Shown here: positions 25,183 to 37,789 of the stretch, piece by piece
How the letters are laid out: each line of letters opens with the position of its first letter
How positions within the stretch are numbered: position 1 is the first letter of the stretch
Assembly: GCF_009834535.1 (NCBI RefSeq)
Contig: NC_045697.1
Coordinates: 99,016,001-99,080,000, forward strand
DNA from: Camelus ferus
Taxonomy: Eukaryota
Length of the DNA: 64,000 nt
Direction of reading: 5' to 3'
The notes under the pieces: generated by a model
Databases searched by the model: none
What the model was told of the DNA's origin: nothing
What the model saw: only the letters and a program-made list of their open reading frames with translations
Position numbers and translations under genes: made by a program

Positions 25183-26336
25183 TGATACTAAGCAAGATCC
25201 TGTGGGGTCCTCCCTGGTACAAATCATTCTGTGTTCCCTGTTTCTTGTTAGTAGCTTATAGGCTTCATTCAGCCTCCTTGACTCTCCCTGAGTTCCAAAG
25301 GGCAGATTCAAACAGTTGCTAATCTGGGAAAGGAGGGGATGCAGAGACAGTGGAGGAGTATGTTAGCCACTGCATATAAAAATAGATTAAAAAAAGATTT
25401 ATTCTGTATAGCACAGGAGACTATGTTCAGTATCTTGTAATAACCTTTAATGAAAAAGAATATGAAAACAAATATATGTATGTATATGCATGACTGGGAC
25501 ACTGTGCTGTACACCAGAAACTGACACACTGTAACTGACTAAGTTTCAATATTAAAAAAGGAAAAAAGAAAAAACGGTGCAGGCGTGGGGCAAGGTCCTG
25601 GTTCCTCCTCAAGGAATATACATAACAGTATCTTTGAGCTTTTCTGTAGGAACTAAGGCCCCCCCCCACACCCCTGCCTCTTATTTATGGCTGAGCAGGA
25701 TCTTCAGAGATGGTTTTCTAGGGGACACTGGGTCCACCAGATTGCTGGCATTCAGATTAAAAGCAACTTTCCTGTTTGGTTAGCAAGGCTGTTGCCCCCA
25801 GGATCATACCCCTGCACCTCCCTCGAATAGAAACCAATTATCCTTACCTTAGTCTCAGGAGGCAGCTGCAAAGAAAAGAGACAAGAACTGATTAGAACCT
25901 GCGAAGCCCAAGATGGGGGAGGATTTGACTTCCAGTGGACCTTGAACCTCATTATACACTCATTGTAATGCATTAGCATACTAAGTGACACCCCCCCAGC
26001 ACCATGACAACAAGGACAGAAAAGAAAGGCAATCGGCTCCAGCGCACCTGGAACGAGCACATGATGGCAGAAGCCTCCCATAAAAGTCCACGTGGCCCGA
26101 CCGGCCATCTTGGCTGACGGCTCCCTGCTCGAGCTCTTTCTCTCCTTTTCCTCTTCTGAGCAATAAAACAGCCATTCACTTTGTTCCTCTGCCACAGCCA
26201 GCGGCCAGCACCCACACTTTCATGAGCCTCCGAATTTAGGGGTCTCTGGTAACACCTTGAGGGCACACTCCCTCTCCCCTGGGGCGTTGGAAGGGGCAGC
26301 CTCTAGCCCTGGAAAGGACTCAGGCAGGGCTGTGGG
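25183..26336 (+). mobile_element. Nested ERV1-type LTR cluster with an L1 3' end inserted at ~25358-25575
   Basis: 25183-25680 is the reverse complement of the LTR at 28398-29041. L1 3'UTR with A-tail inside. Second LTR-like segment with cataaaa and aataaa (26162). Confidence 0.7.
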
Positions 26337-26340
26337 AAGG

Positions 26341-26842
26341 TGTTGCCAGAGAATAGATCCTTGCCTCGATGAAGAGAATTCAAGAGCAAGGCATAGTAAA
26401 ATGAAAGCAAGTTTATTTAGAGATATGCACTCCATAGACAGAGTAGGGTCCAGTCTCACTCAGAAGGGAAAGTGATTTAGGAGATCCACACTCCATGGAC
26501 AGAATGTGGGCCAGCTCAGAAGGCGAGAGTGAGAGAGACTATGAGGTGCAGTTGTCAGTTCTTATGGGCTTGGTAATTTTATACCCTAATGAGTGGAGGA
26601 TTATTCCAACTATGTTGGGGAAGGGGTGAGGATTTCCAGGAAACTGCCCCCAACCCCTCACCCCGCCTGCTTTTTGACCTTTTTTGGTCAGCCTAGGAAC
26701 TGCCATGGTGCCTGTGGGTGTGCTGTGAGGCTCAAGGTCTACTGAAAGTCGAATCCTCTGCCATCCTGGTTCCAATCTGTCCTGTCCTCAATTGCCGTGT
26801 CACTCCTTCAGTGGCTGTGCCCTGCCCCCTCTCCCCTTCTCA
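26341..26842 (-). mobile_element. ERV1-type solo LTR
   Basis: tgttgcc...ca termini, tttatt (minus-strand AATAAA) at 26412, flanks aagg/aaga. Confidence 0.7.
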
Positions 26843-27590
26843 AAGACACCAGTCCTATTTTTCAAACTTTATCATTCACTCTCAGTAACTGCGGCTACTG
26901 TTTGTTGAGTTGTATTAATACAGGGGTAAACACTGAATTATGTGTGAGTCTGCTCTTCATGCCTCAAAGACAAGGCCTAGATGTTATTTATATCCCAAAT
27001 CCATGCTTTGCTTCTGAAGGTTTCTAAGCCCTTTGATATAGTGATTATCACTCAGTCACTTAGCATATTAACAATGAAATTTCTAGACAAAACATATCCA
27101 GGTCATTTCTTCTCTCTGAGCCTCGGTGTACTATGTAAAAGGAGGTCTCCTCTGAACAAAAACTAAGGCTCATTGTGATAAAATCCTACGCCTCAAGAAG
27201 CCGTGGCTCCAGGCAGTCCGCGATGGGGATAACACGGGACACATCTCAGCTGTAACAAGCAGGGGAAAGTAGGATAAAATGTGTGTCGAGCACTCTCTCA
27301 AAGGGGAAGAATTAAGCCATTCACTCTTTCATCTTTCAGTTTAACACACATGTATTGAGCACTTAGAATGCATAAAGGAATTGTGAAGAAAAGACAGGTG
27401 CTGCGGGAGCTGTCGATGGAAGGAGGTGGGGGTGGAGCACAAACCTCTTAGAGGAGCCTGTTCTGGGGAGAGATTGTCCAGGAGGTGACAGGGAATGCAA
27501 CCTATGCCCTTTGATTTAGAAAATCCTGCCTAGCTTCCCCAGAGATACCCTTCGCTTGTTAGATATGTACCCCTATCTGGGGCTCAAACA

Positions 27591-28190
27591 TTTTTTAAAA
27601 ATTGAAAATACAGTTGATTTAAAATGTTTCTGGTGCACAGTAAAGTGATCAGTTATATACACACATACATGTATATTCTTTTTTGTATGTTTCCATTATG
27701 GCTTATTATAGGGTACTGACTATAGTTTCCTGTGCTCTACAGTAGGACCTTGTTGTTTATCTATTTTATATACAAGTAGTTTCTATCTGCTAATCTCAAA
27801 CTCCTAATTTATCCCTCTGCCACCCCTTTCCTTCTTTGGTAACCATGTTTGTTTTCTATGTCTGTGAATCTGTTTCTGTTTTGTAAATAAGCTCATTTGT
27901 ATCATATTTTAGATTCCACATTTAAGTGATATGGTATTTGTCTTTCTCTTTCTGACTAATTTCACTTAGCATGATAATCTCTAGGTCCATCCATGTTGCT
28001 GCAAATGGCATTATTTCATACATTTTTATGGCTGAGTAGAATTCCACTATATATATATGTCCCACATCTTTATCCAGTCACCTGTTGATGGACACTTAGG
28101 TTGCTTCCATGTCTTGTCTATTGTAAATAGTGCTGCTTTGAACACTGCAGTGCATGTATCTTTTTGAATTAGAGTTTTCTCTGGGTATTT
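27591..28190 (-). mobile_element. 5'-truncated L1 3' end
   Basis: Minus strand encodes YPEKTLIQKDTCT..FKAALFTI.KTWKQPKCPST; flanking gggctcaaa(a)ca TSD. Confidence 0.88.
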
Positions 28191-28397
28191 GTTGGGCTCA
28201 AAACACTTGATCAGGGTAGCCACAGGGTAAGAGAGAATCCTGAAAAAGTACCCTTCCACCTCTCCTCACTCTACCACCGAGTCAGAGAGACAAGCCAAGG
28301 GCTGAAGTGGCCCAGTCTGCCTTGATGGGGGTGTCGGTGCTACATTAGAAGCTCAGGTTATTCATCTGTATGAGCTAGGGGGTCTTTAAAGTCCTAG

Positions 28398-29041
28398 TGT
28401 TATCCAACAAAAGTTCATGTGTCCAATGCACAATGAGGCCAAACAAACCAAAACATCAGAAAAGAAAGGTTCATTGCAGGGCTAAGTACAAAGGATGGGC
28501 TGCTCACACTCAAAAAACCTGAACTCCTTGATGGTTTCTGGGGAAAAGTTTTCATAGGCAAAATCTGAGGGTAGGGCTGCAGGGTGTGTGACTTTCTTCT
28601 GACTGGTTACTGCTGAGGTAATAGGGCAGTGTCCAGGAGTCAGTGCTCAGCCTGAAGTTACCATCCTCCACCGGGGTGGGGACCTTGGTTCCTGCAGCAG
28701 AACTCAAAGATACTGTTATGTATAATCCTTGAGGAGGAATCAGGACCTTGCCCCAAGGCTGCACTATTGTTTCCTGAATGTTGCATCCCCTCCCTTCCCT
28801 GATTAGCAAAAGTGCCACAGCCTGCAGGGACCCACACTTTCATGGAACCCCTAATTTAGGGATCTCTATCCGCTGACACCTTGAGGGCATACTCCCTCTT
28901 CCCTGGAAAGGACTCAGGCAGGGCTGTGGGGCTCAGGGTATGTCAAGGATGCTGAATGAAGCCCCTTTCCTACAGACAAGAAACAGGGAACACAGAAAGG
29001 ATTTGTGCCCCGGAGGGTCCCTGCAGGGACCTGCTGTTTCA
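28398..29041 (-). mobile_element. ERV1-type LTR carrying an inverted ~120-bp foreign cassette
   Basis: TG..CA termini. Homologous (inverted) to 25183-25680. Segment 28813-28930 matches 26190-26336 in direct orientation. Confidence 0.75.
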
Positions 29042-29750
29042 CTCATGCTGAGTTTGGGAGGAGGTGGGTGAGATGGCTGTGGTACTTTCCGGCCAGCTCT
29101 GCCTGTGGCTCTTTTCTAGATCATGGAATGAACCTACCCAGTAGCTGGTGATGAGGGAAGTAGGGGTTATTATCTCTCATATTTCATACTCAGGAATAGT
29201 AAAGAATTAAAAGCTTAAGTAATGTTCCCAAGGTCACGTGGTGAATCAGTAAGCGAGACAGGGCGAGGATGCGGGTTTCTGGTCCTTCCAGTTTTGTTGC
29301 CTCAGCCTTAGATCTTGCGTCAGATTTATATCTTTAAATCCTACATTTGGTTAGGATTAGGGTCTGTAGCTAGGTATTAGTTCCATCTTAACTTTCCTCA
29401 TTAAAAAAAAAAAAAAAGTGGGGCAGCCCTCACTTTCCTAACCTTCTACTGCAAAACTGCTTTATGACTTTATTGGACAAGACCTAAAAAATGGTCGAAT
29501 TTTCCCCAGCACGTCTGAATAGCCTTGTTCTTCCAGCTCTCGGAACTCTGCCGCAGCTGTCTGGTGGAGATGGAGCGCTCCAACCAGGACGGGCCGGAAC
29601 TCCAGCTGCTGGTGAGCAAGTGTTCACTATTTATAGCGAGAGAGGGGCTGCAAAGGAATGCAATTTTTTCCTTCTGAGTAGTTTGGATGCAAGCAATAGG
29701 AAGTGGGCTCTGCTAGATGCTAAATTTGATGACATGAATGAGGTCTGTTA

Positions 29751-29925
29751 CAGTACTTCTCAAACTTGACTGTGCATCACAATCACCCGGAGGGGGTTGT
29801 TAAAGCACAGATTGCTGGGCACCACCCCCAGAGTTTGTGAATCAGTGGATCTGGGGTGGAGCCCAAGAAAGTGCATTTCTAACAAGTTCTTGGGTAATGC
29901 TAAAGGGCAGGTTGGAGAACCACGG
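29751..29925. mobile_element. MER5A-like hAT-Charlie MITE
   Basis: cagtacttctcaaactt..tgcatcacaatcacc..cagattgctggg..tgcatttctaacaagtt..gagaaccac. Confidence 0.8.
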
Positions 29926-30008
29926 CTTTATTAGGATGGGTGGGGTGTACCGGGCAGGGCCACAATGCAGGGCAGCAGACTGAACCAAAGATAGGCACTG
30001 ACACGCAC

Positions 30009-30096
30009 CAAAAGACTCTCTCTGGCGATCTTGCAGTCCTTGTGCAATCAGAATTAGTCGCTTCTGAGTCGGCATTTCCAGAGCAAATGTGTTATT
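30009..30096 (-). pseudogene. Candidate pseudo-exon
   Basis: Open: NNTFALEMPTQKRLILIAQGLQDRQRESF. Donor TG|GTGCGT; acceptor decayed (tttaTAA). Phase 0 to 1, matching both neighbours. Confidence 0.5.
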
Positions 30097-30232
30097 TTAT
30101 AAATAAAATGGCATAAGATTTAAAAGATTAGGCTCATAGGAAATGTGTGTGTACTATTTAAAAATAAAAACTCTTTCCCCCCTCTCTCTTGTTGGGGGAC
30201 ATGGCAGGCCGGTGTGCAGGTGGTAAAAGAAT

Positions 30233-30663
30233 TTACCAAAGGTAAAGGACAAAAATAGAAAGAGTTTTTATTACATTACGCTGCCATTGACAACAGTGGG
30301 CCACACAGACGAGAAGTGCCCGAGGGAGCCCCGAGGGTTGGCTGTTGAGGTCTTTTCTGGGTAAGGGGTTGGTGACCACAGTGGGTTGGGGGCTGCATGT
30401 GTGCACAGTTCTCTGATTGGTTGTAGGTGAGGTAAGAAGTTTAGGGTCCATGCAAGGTGGTGGGGTGTATGACTCTGATAAGGTGGGCTGAAACAAACCA
30501 GCCTGAGTTACCGTGAGATTAGACATTACCTAGGGCTGTTCGCTTGTTAGGGCGAACATGACCATTAAAGAGTGTACTTTATTTGTTGAGGGATCTCAGG
30601 CAGACATCTGAGAGCCCAGGAATGAAGGTCGTTGGACTTGGAAGGATGTCAGTTGGCCCCACA
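30233..30663 (-). mobile_element. ERV1-type solo LTR
   Basis: Minus strand starts tgtgggg, has AATAAA and ccaatcagagaactgtgcac like the LTRs at 1169 and 39956. Confidence 0.6.
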
Positions 30664-30688
30664 TCTCTCTTCTTTCTCCAGTGAAAAC

Positions 30689-30885
30689 CTGCGATTTATT
30701 AGGTCATTTTATCACATCGTCATGTTTGGAGTCAAAGCTGGCAGATTTGACCTCCACTTTTAACTCTAAGCATCCGCCTTTGATGGAGAGCCAGGGAAAA
30801 GCCAGCAGACGGGCACCACAGGAACGTGGCTGATCTGCCGGGTAGACAAAGACCTCAGCGTTGGCCTTTCAGTTTCTTATACAAG
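30689..30885 (-). pseudogene. Candidate pseudo-exon (5' side abuts an L1 fragment)
   Basis: KANAEVFVYPADQPRSCGARLLAFPWLSIKGGCLELKVEVKSASFDSKHDDVIK*PNKSQ; CAG|GT donor in phase 0. Confidence 0.55.
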
Positions 30886-31253
30886 ATGGGCCTGTTTAGG
30901 TTTTCTGCTTCCTTTTGAATGAATTTTGATGTACATTTTCCTAAAAAAAAATCCATTTTGCTCAGACTTTGAAAATAGGAGCACATATTTGTACAAGTGA
31001 TTCTTTTATAAAAATTTTAATTTCCTGTATACAAATACGGAATCATTATTTTGTACACCTGAAACTAATATAGTGTTATATGTCAAATATACCTCAATAA
31101 ATACATAAGTAAAGTTAAAAAAAGAATTACAGATTCCTATATATGTATATTAGTCCATTTTCTAATTCCTACCTTTATTTGTATTTTCCCTTTTTCTTGA
31201 TTAGGCTAGCTTAATGGATTATTTATTATTGTTTCTGGTTTTTTTTGTTTTGC

Positions 31254-31398
31254 TTTCTTTCTTTCTTCCTTCCTTCCTTCCCTTCCTTCCTTCCCTTCCT
31301 TCCTTCCCTTCCTTCCTTCCTTCCTTCCTTCCTTCCTTCCTTCCTTCCTTCCTTCCTTCCTTTCTCTCTTTCTCTCTTTATTTCTTTTCTTTCTTTCT
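31254..31398 (+). repeat. (TTCC)n/(TTTC)n microsatellite
   Basis: Directly visible. Confidence 0.97.
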
Positions 31399-31649
31399 AC
31401 AATGAGCCAGCTATGGACTTCTTTATCAATATGAAGACCTGCAAAGAATCTGAGATTTTATCCTATTTGAAAACTAACAAGCTAGTGAATCTGCTCGCAG
31501 AACACGCAAGCCTCCCCGGTCCGAGAGAGCTAGAACATCAGTATTTTCACCACTTCCCACCTCTGGAGGCCATGTGATGCCTGCTCACGTAGTGGGTTGG
31601 AGGAGAGGAATCTGGATCCAAAGTTGAGTGATCTTGAATTTTTTATTTA

Positions 31650-32360
31650 AAAATTAAAAAAAATTATTTACTTATTTATTTTTAATTGAAGTTTAGTTAA
31701 TTCACAATGTTGTGTTAGTTTCTGGTATACAGCAAAGTGATTCTGTTAATTTAATCCCTATCAAATTACCCAGGACATTTTTCACAAAACTGGAACAAAT
31801 AATCCTAAAATGTATATGAAACCATGAAAGACGCAAAATTGCCAAAGCAATCCTGAGGAAAAAGAGCAAAGCTGGAGGCATAACCCTTCCAGACTTCAGA
31901 CAATACTACAGGTCTACAGTAGTCAAAACTGTGTGGTATTTGCACAAAAACAGACATATGGATCAGTGAAACAGAATAGAGAGCCCAGAAATAAACCCAC
32001 AGACCTATGGTCCATTAATCTTTGACAAAGGAGGCAAGAATATACAGTGGAGAAAAGACTAGTCTCTTGGGCAAGTGGTGTTGGGAAAACTGGACAGCAG
32101 CATGCAAATCAATGAAGTTAGACTATTCCCTCACACCATACACAAAAATAAACTCAAAATGGCTTACAGACGTTTACACTATGAAACTCCTAGAAGAGAA
32201 CATAGGCAAAACATTCTGTGATATAAATTGTAGCAATGTTTTCTTGGGTCTGTCTCCCAAAGCAAAAGAAATACAAGTGAAAATAAACAAATGGGACCTA
32301 ATCAAACTTACACAAGCTTTTGCATAGCAAAAGAAACCATCAGCAACACAAGACAAACTG
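31650..32360. mobile_element. L1 with inverted structure (minus-strand 3' end joined to plus-strand ORF2 piece)
   Basis: aattgaagtttagttaattcacaatgttgtgttagtttc (L1 3' end, minus), then at ~31750 plus-strand ORF2 ([30 protein letters not shown]). Confidence 0.75.
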
Positions 32361-32563
32361 CGAACTTGTTTATAATGGAAAGTAAGAATGCCTGCCCTCT
32401 GGACAGAGGTACTCTCTCTAGCTTGTCAAGCTATTTGCTCCACACACCTCCTTGAAAAGATGGGGTAGAGCAAAAGCAGCCAGTGTGCCTGCTACTGAGA
32501 TGTGCAGAAATTCAGGAGACCCAGGGAGCACTGGCTCCCAACAAGCAAGTCCACCGATTTTGT

Positions 32564-32653
32564 TTTTGGTTTTTTAAAAATATATTTATTTATTTATTTT
32601 TGGGGGGAAGGGTAATTAGGTTTGTTTGTTTATAATGGAGGTACTTGGAGGGG
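32564..32653 (-). mobile_element. 5'-truncated Vic-1-like SINE
   Basis: Vic-1 3' tail only (gggaagggtaattaggttt..aatggaggtact). TSD gtccac(c/t)gattttgttt at 32549 and 32654. Confidence 0.7.
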
Positions 32654-32779
32654 GTCCACTGATTTTGTTTTCAACTTCATTATATTCCGCTTTCATTTTA
32701 AATTTTACTTCCCCTAGATTTAAAAAATTAATTTAAAAAAATCTTGAATTGAATAGTCATTTCCTTCACATTCATTCTT

Positions 32780-32889
32780 TTTTTTTTAAATTGAAGTATA
32801 GTCAGTTACAATGTGTCAATTTCTGGGGTACAGCATAATGTTTCAGTCATACATAAACATATATATATATTCATTTTAATATTCTTTTT
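32780..32889 (-). mobile_element. Very short L1 3' end
   Basis: aattgaagtatagtcagttacaatgtgtcaatttctgg; TSD cttcacattca(t/c)tctt at 32764 and 32890. Confidence 0.8.
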
Positions 32890-35379
32890 CTTCACATTCA
32901 CTCTTACATTAAAAATGTTTTAAGATTACGACTTTTCCTCTGAACAAATCTTTACATACATCTCATAGATGTTAATCAATATGTTCTCTTGGTCATTATT
33001 TGCTAAATTATCTAGCTTTCCTTTCTTATTTGCAGAAATTCCAAGGATTTGAAGAAAATCAATCAGTCATCTTTGGCTGGCCTTGCTCTCTTGGTTTGCT
33101 CTGGAGGCTGAGGTCTTTTCCTCAGACCCTTGTGGATCAAAGCCATAAAGCCCTTTTTAACGGGATCACCGTGACTTGTGTGCTAAACAAGGTTAAATTG
33201 CAGGTTAGGAGGAAATGGGATTTGGAAGATGAAGGTTCAAATCCTGACCCTGCAGCTTCAGCTGGTAACCCAATCAACCACCCATTTTGAGTCTCACTTT
33301 TGTCTGCAAATGTCAGATGGAATTACGTTATCTCTCATGTCCTTTTCAATTTATGACTTTAAGAGATTTGGAATTAGTTTCAATTAAACTGGCTGAAGGA
33401 TTTTTGGGCTGACTTGTTAGTAGAAGCAGCACGACCAAATGGAAAGATCCCTGGCCTTGGCTACTGGAAAAGCTGCGTTCAACCCTGGCCCTGGGCAGCA
33501 AATGCCTGTTTCCTCACATGTTTTCTTGTGTGACACCCTCAGAGGAGAGAAAACCACATGGCCCTGGCAGCTCATTTCCTCTCTTTCATAGCAAGGAGCC
33601 AGCTCAGTTGGTCAGTAGCTGAGGGAGGAAGAGGCTGATGCTGGAGGCAGAGCTGGCTGTTTCATGGCTCAGGAAGCCCCATTACTACACGGTTATCTGA
33701 ATGTCCCCACGCTTCTTCCTCTAAATGTGCGTAGAGCACTAGAGGCATCGAGCTTCTCTCCTGGAGTCTTTCCCTGACGTGTCTGCCTCCTACGCTGAGT
33801 CCCACACGCCTCTCTGGGGGATAATGGGATCTCAGAGCCTCACGAGCGACTCGTTACTTCTATGCTTGTAAGTTTCCCCCCAGTAAATCCTATTCTTCAT
33901 TTACACCATGTGTGTGGCTACTATGGGTGTTCCTGTCCTTTTTTGTACAACCCATACTATTTAACAAGCCTCTAAGTGCTTTACACACATCATTTCAGTT
34001 AATTCCCCTCAAAACAAGCTTGATTGTTAGGTGTATTATCCCCGTTTTAGAAACAGGGGAAACCTAGTGTTCAGAAGAGCGCAGCACTTTGCGGGAAGGG
34101 GGAGAGCGAAGAGTTTGAATCCAAGTTGCTGGGTTCTAGGGCCTGGGCTCTTAACTCTAAAAGGGCACCAGTCACATCCTAGACATCACAGACAATTCTC
34201 CTGCAGATGGCTTAAAAAAAAAATCAGTGTATTAAGATAAAATTTTAATAGCTGAAGATAAAGTGTAAGGGATGCCTTTTCTAATTTTCATGAAAGTACC
34301 GTGTGGACAAGCAGCAGCTCTGATGTAATATGACTGTGTCACAGGAGGCAATTAATACATGGGGATGATTTTTTTTTTTCCAAAGGAAAGGTGCAATTCA
34401 AGACACGTTCAGCACTCTTGAGAATGCAAAGCCCAGTCCCAGAGGGAAGGAGGGCGGGAGGGCAGAGCCAGAGGTGGTGGTTCAGTAAGTCCAGTACATT
34501 GACACCTGAGGTCTTAAGGTCAGAACAGCCAGCACAACGGCAGCTTCGCACCCTTGCCTTACTGCTCCATTCACAAGATTTCCCAGGTCTCATGGGAAAA
34601 TTATTGGGAGCTCCAGTGTCTGTGAGAGTTCCACAGTGCTGCTGCCTAAAGGAAATAATTTGTTATTCTATTGTTGATAGGGAAGTCTGTAACTGAGAAC
34701 ATCCGTTTTTACACAGGCAGATTGGGGAAAATCTTCATTTTTAGGAACTTAACTTTATTATGTTTCATGAACTAAAAATGACCCTTTGGGGCCATAGTGC
34801 TGTGGACCCACGTGGGTCTGTAGAGGTCCCCTTCACTCCTAACAGCATTTTGTTACAAAATATCCTTTAATTCTTTTCCATAAAGCACAAATGTCCTACT
34901 TCCACATGCTATTTTCAGTTTTTGTGAGCAAAATACTCTTCTGAGACTTGCCAGCACTCACATTAACTCTTTCCCTTCTTTTTTCCATGGCTCAGCGAAT
35001 GACCAATTCTCTGGGGTCTGAGTCCAGCCCTGTCTTCTAGATTCTCCCTTGACTCCACTGTCATCTGGTTTAAACAGATTATCACTTCAGGGGAGCCAGC
35101 AGTCCTCAAAGGGCTCCCAGAGGACTTGTGATAGCCAGAGCATGTAGATAGTTTCAACACCCAGGTACGCGCATGTACTCATGCCTACTGCGTGATGTAC
35201 CTAAACGGTGAGGTAAGTGTTCACGTTGGGCTTGCAAAGTAAAGCACAAGACATTGCTGTCACACCTAAACGCAGATGCACAGAGAGCCACCCAGAAACA
35301 CAGGCACTCACCCATGCAGAAATAGATCCATTACCCAGAGAGGGTAGATGGATGCATGGAGGACTTCCTGCAAGAGGCA

Positions 35380-35943
35380 TATACTGGGGAGGAAGACATA
35401 TACCCTTCTACCCTTCCAGGTTCTTTTGTTTGGTCTAAGAATTAAGTTGATATGAGACAGATGAACAGGAGAAAATCAAACAGAAGTTTAATAACATGTA
35501 CACATGGGAGAGACTCAGGAAAACTGAGTAACTCACCAAAGTGGCCAAAACCCTCACCTTAAATAACATTTTCAGTTAAAGACAAAAGAGGATGTTGGGA
35601 GTAGTGGTTTGGGACCCCAGAAGGGAGGGAGGCATTTGACATGGAGATTGAAAAGCAAATGTTTGGTGAACAAATGTTTGCCAGGCCATGCAGTGACAGT
35701 GGGACCCAGAGAGGAATTTTAACAGAGTTTGCTAGGTTCCTCCCTGATTAGACACCTAGTTCGTGCTATAGTTACCTATGGTGATGCTCCCTTCCTGGAA
35801 CAGGTCCTCTGTCTGCATCCTTTAGGCCATTAGGGGAAGGTCAAATATTCTTCCTGAGTTATTTGGGCCTTGATTGTTTTCAACTTGAAATAATCAACAT
35901 GCCAAAGAGATATGTCTGGGGTGGTGAATTTTGCTCCCTTACA
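35380..35943 (-). mobile_element. MER34-like ERV1 LTR
   Basis: Minus strand starts tgtaagggagcaaaattcaccaccccagacatatctctttggcatgttgattattt. Confidence 0.7.
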
Positions 35944-37478
35944 CAAACAAGCGCCTTCATAGACGTGATTTAAAAGGATGCCAGGAACTAAGAGGAAGGC
36001 AAAATGGGGACAAGCTCAGAGAAGCGCACAGGCTCACAGACAGCCCAAAGCAAAATAATAGGGCTCTGGAACTTCATGTAAGTCTGCTTCTCAGCTTAGA
36101 ATCAACGAAAAGGAATAATTCTAACAATGTGCTTTGCTGTGGTTCCTCAGCACTACCCAGAGAGGGGAGAACTTTGATCTACACAAGAGTGTCCCTAGTA
36201 GGAAGGTGGTTTTGTGTAAATTGTATGAATGACTTACATGAATGTCCTTTAAACCCATGCAGTTTCCATTTTTCTGATTCCAGGTTCTTCTATATTAGCC
36301 TTCTGATAATTAATTTGGCTCCCTGAGAGGTCTCTAACTACTGCTCAACTCAGCAGAATTGTAGCAATACCAAAGATAGTTCCCCTTGGAGTTTTTTGTT
36401 TTTTGGGGGTGCTTCCTAGGGAAATATTAAATCAGCTATGTTTCCTGCTGCAAAAATAGTAAGTGTATCCTGGTACATAAATTAGTTTCTTGAGAGTTGG
36501 GTTAATATAAATTAATTCAGTAGACTTTGAGCTAAGAAAATGTAGTTTCTTATCTTTAACATCAGCCCAAATATCATTTCCTAAAGGAATTTACACTGAC
36601 CCTTTAGAAGTAATCTCATTCATTCATTCATTCGTTGACTCACTCATTCAACAAATATTTATTTAGCACCTAGTATATACCAGGCCACCTTCTCAGTAGT
36701 AGGGATACATCAGAGAATAAAACCCACTAAACTCTTGAGCTTATATTCTGGTGGAGTTAACGCTTTGGACTCTCCTTTTTTTGAGCTTCGTACAGTGTGT
36801 TGTTACTCATTTGTGTGATCATTTGATTGTCAGTTTTCCCCTCCTCTATAAGGTCCATGAGGACTGGGTCTATTTTGCAAAACATTGCACATCTAGCCCT
36901 CACCAGTGCCAACTTGTAAAAAGCACTCAGTAAATATTTGTTGAATAAGGAAATCAGGAAATTCTCAAGGCTTCATAACTGGACCAGGTGGGATCTCCCC
37001 CCAAATCCAAATTCCCAAATCCAAGCCAAAAATCAACCTTGCCAGAAGGTCTTTAGAAGGACTTGTTGTGGGAACTCTTTTGCAGAGGACTTGAAGCCTC
37101 CGGCCTCCACCCCCACTGAGACTGGGCTCCCAGCTGACAGCCGTGGACAATTTGACATCCATGTGAGGAGTTGTCATGGAAACACACTCCCCCAGCCCTT
37201 AGTTAAACCACGTGGAGCAGAGACAAGCTTTCCCATCTCAGCCCTGCCCAAGTTACAGATTTGTGAGCAAAGTAAATGATTATTCTTGGTTTTGGCTACC
37301 AAGTTTTGGGTAGATTTTTACGCAGTGGTAGGAAATCATTCGCAGATTCGAAACTTCCATGTGTCCTCTTCTAAAGTTCATCATCTCAAGAACCCAGCAT
37401 CAAGACGACCCTTTCTCCAAGGTCAGTCTTCACTTTACAAATTAAGGTGTAGAGTCACCCTCCTGCTTTGTCCTAGGT

Positions 37479-37687
37479 CAGGGGTCAAAAAACTTCACCT
37501 GTAAAGGGTCAGACAGTAGATATTTCAGAATTTTGGGGCCATGTATTGTCTCTTTGAATGTTCTTCTTGTGTGTGTGTGTGTTACAACCCTTTAAAAATG
37601 TAAAAACCATTCTTAGCTTAGGGTTGTATAGAAACAGACTGGGCAGAATTTGGTTGGTACCAGCTGGCCTTAGTTTGCCAACCCCTG
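37479..37687. mobile_element. MER58-like hAT MITE
   Basis: Terminal inverted repeats caggggt...acccctg; 8-bp TSD tcctaggt/tcttagat. Confidence 0.85.
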
Positions 37688-37789
37688 TCTTAGATAATTA
37701 AAAAGCCTAACCCCCCCCCCAAAACCCCAGCAAACAAATAAGACAAAACCTCCAGTGCTGCAAAGAAAGGGATAATTTGAAATAATGGT

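Noticed and set aside
31214..31577. ORFs with LPSF repeats
   Set aside because: Translation of the (TTCC)n microsatellite.
34805..34818. 14-bp perfect palindrome gacccacgtgggtc around an E-box
   Set aside because: A few palindromes of this length are expected by chance in 64 kb.
33020..35160. Possible extra pseudo-exons near 33183 (acceptor) and 34950 (GTGAGT donor)
   Set aside because: Could not establish both boundaries and a frame.
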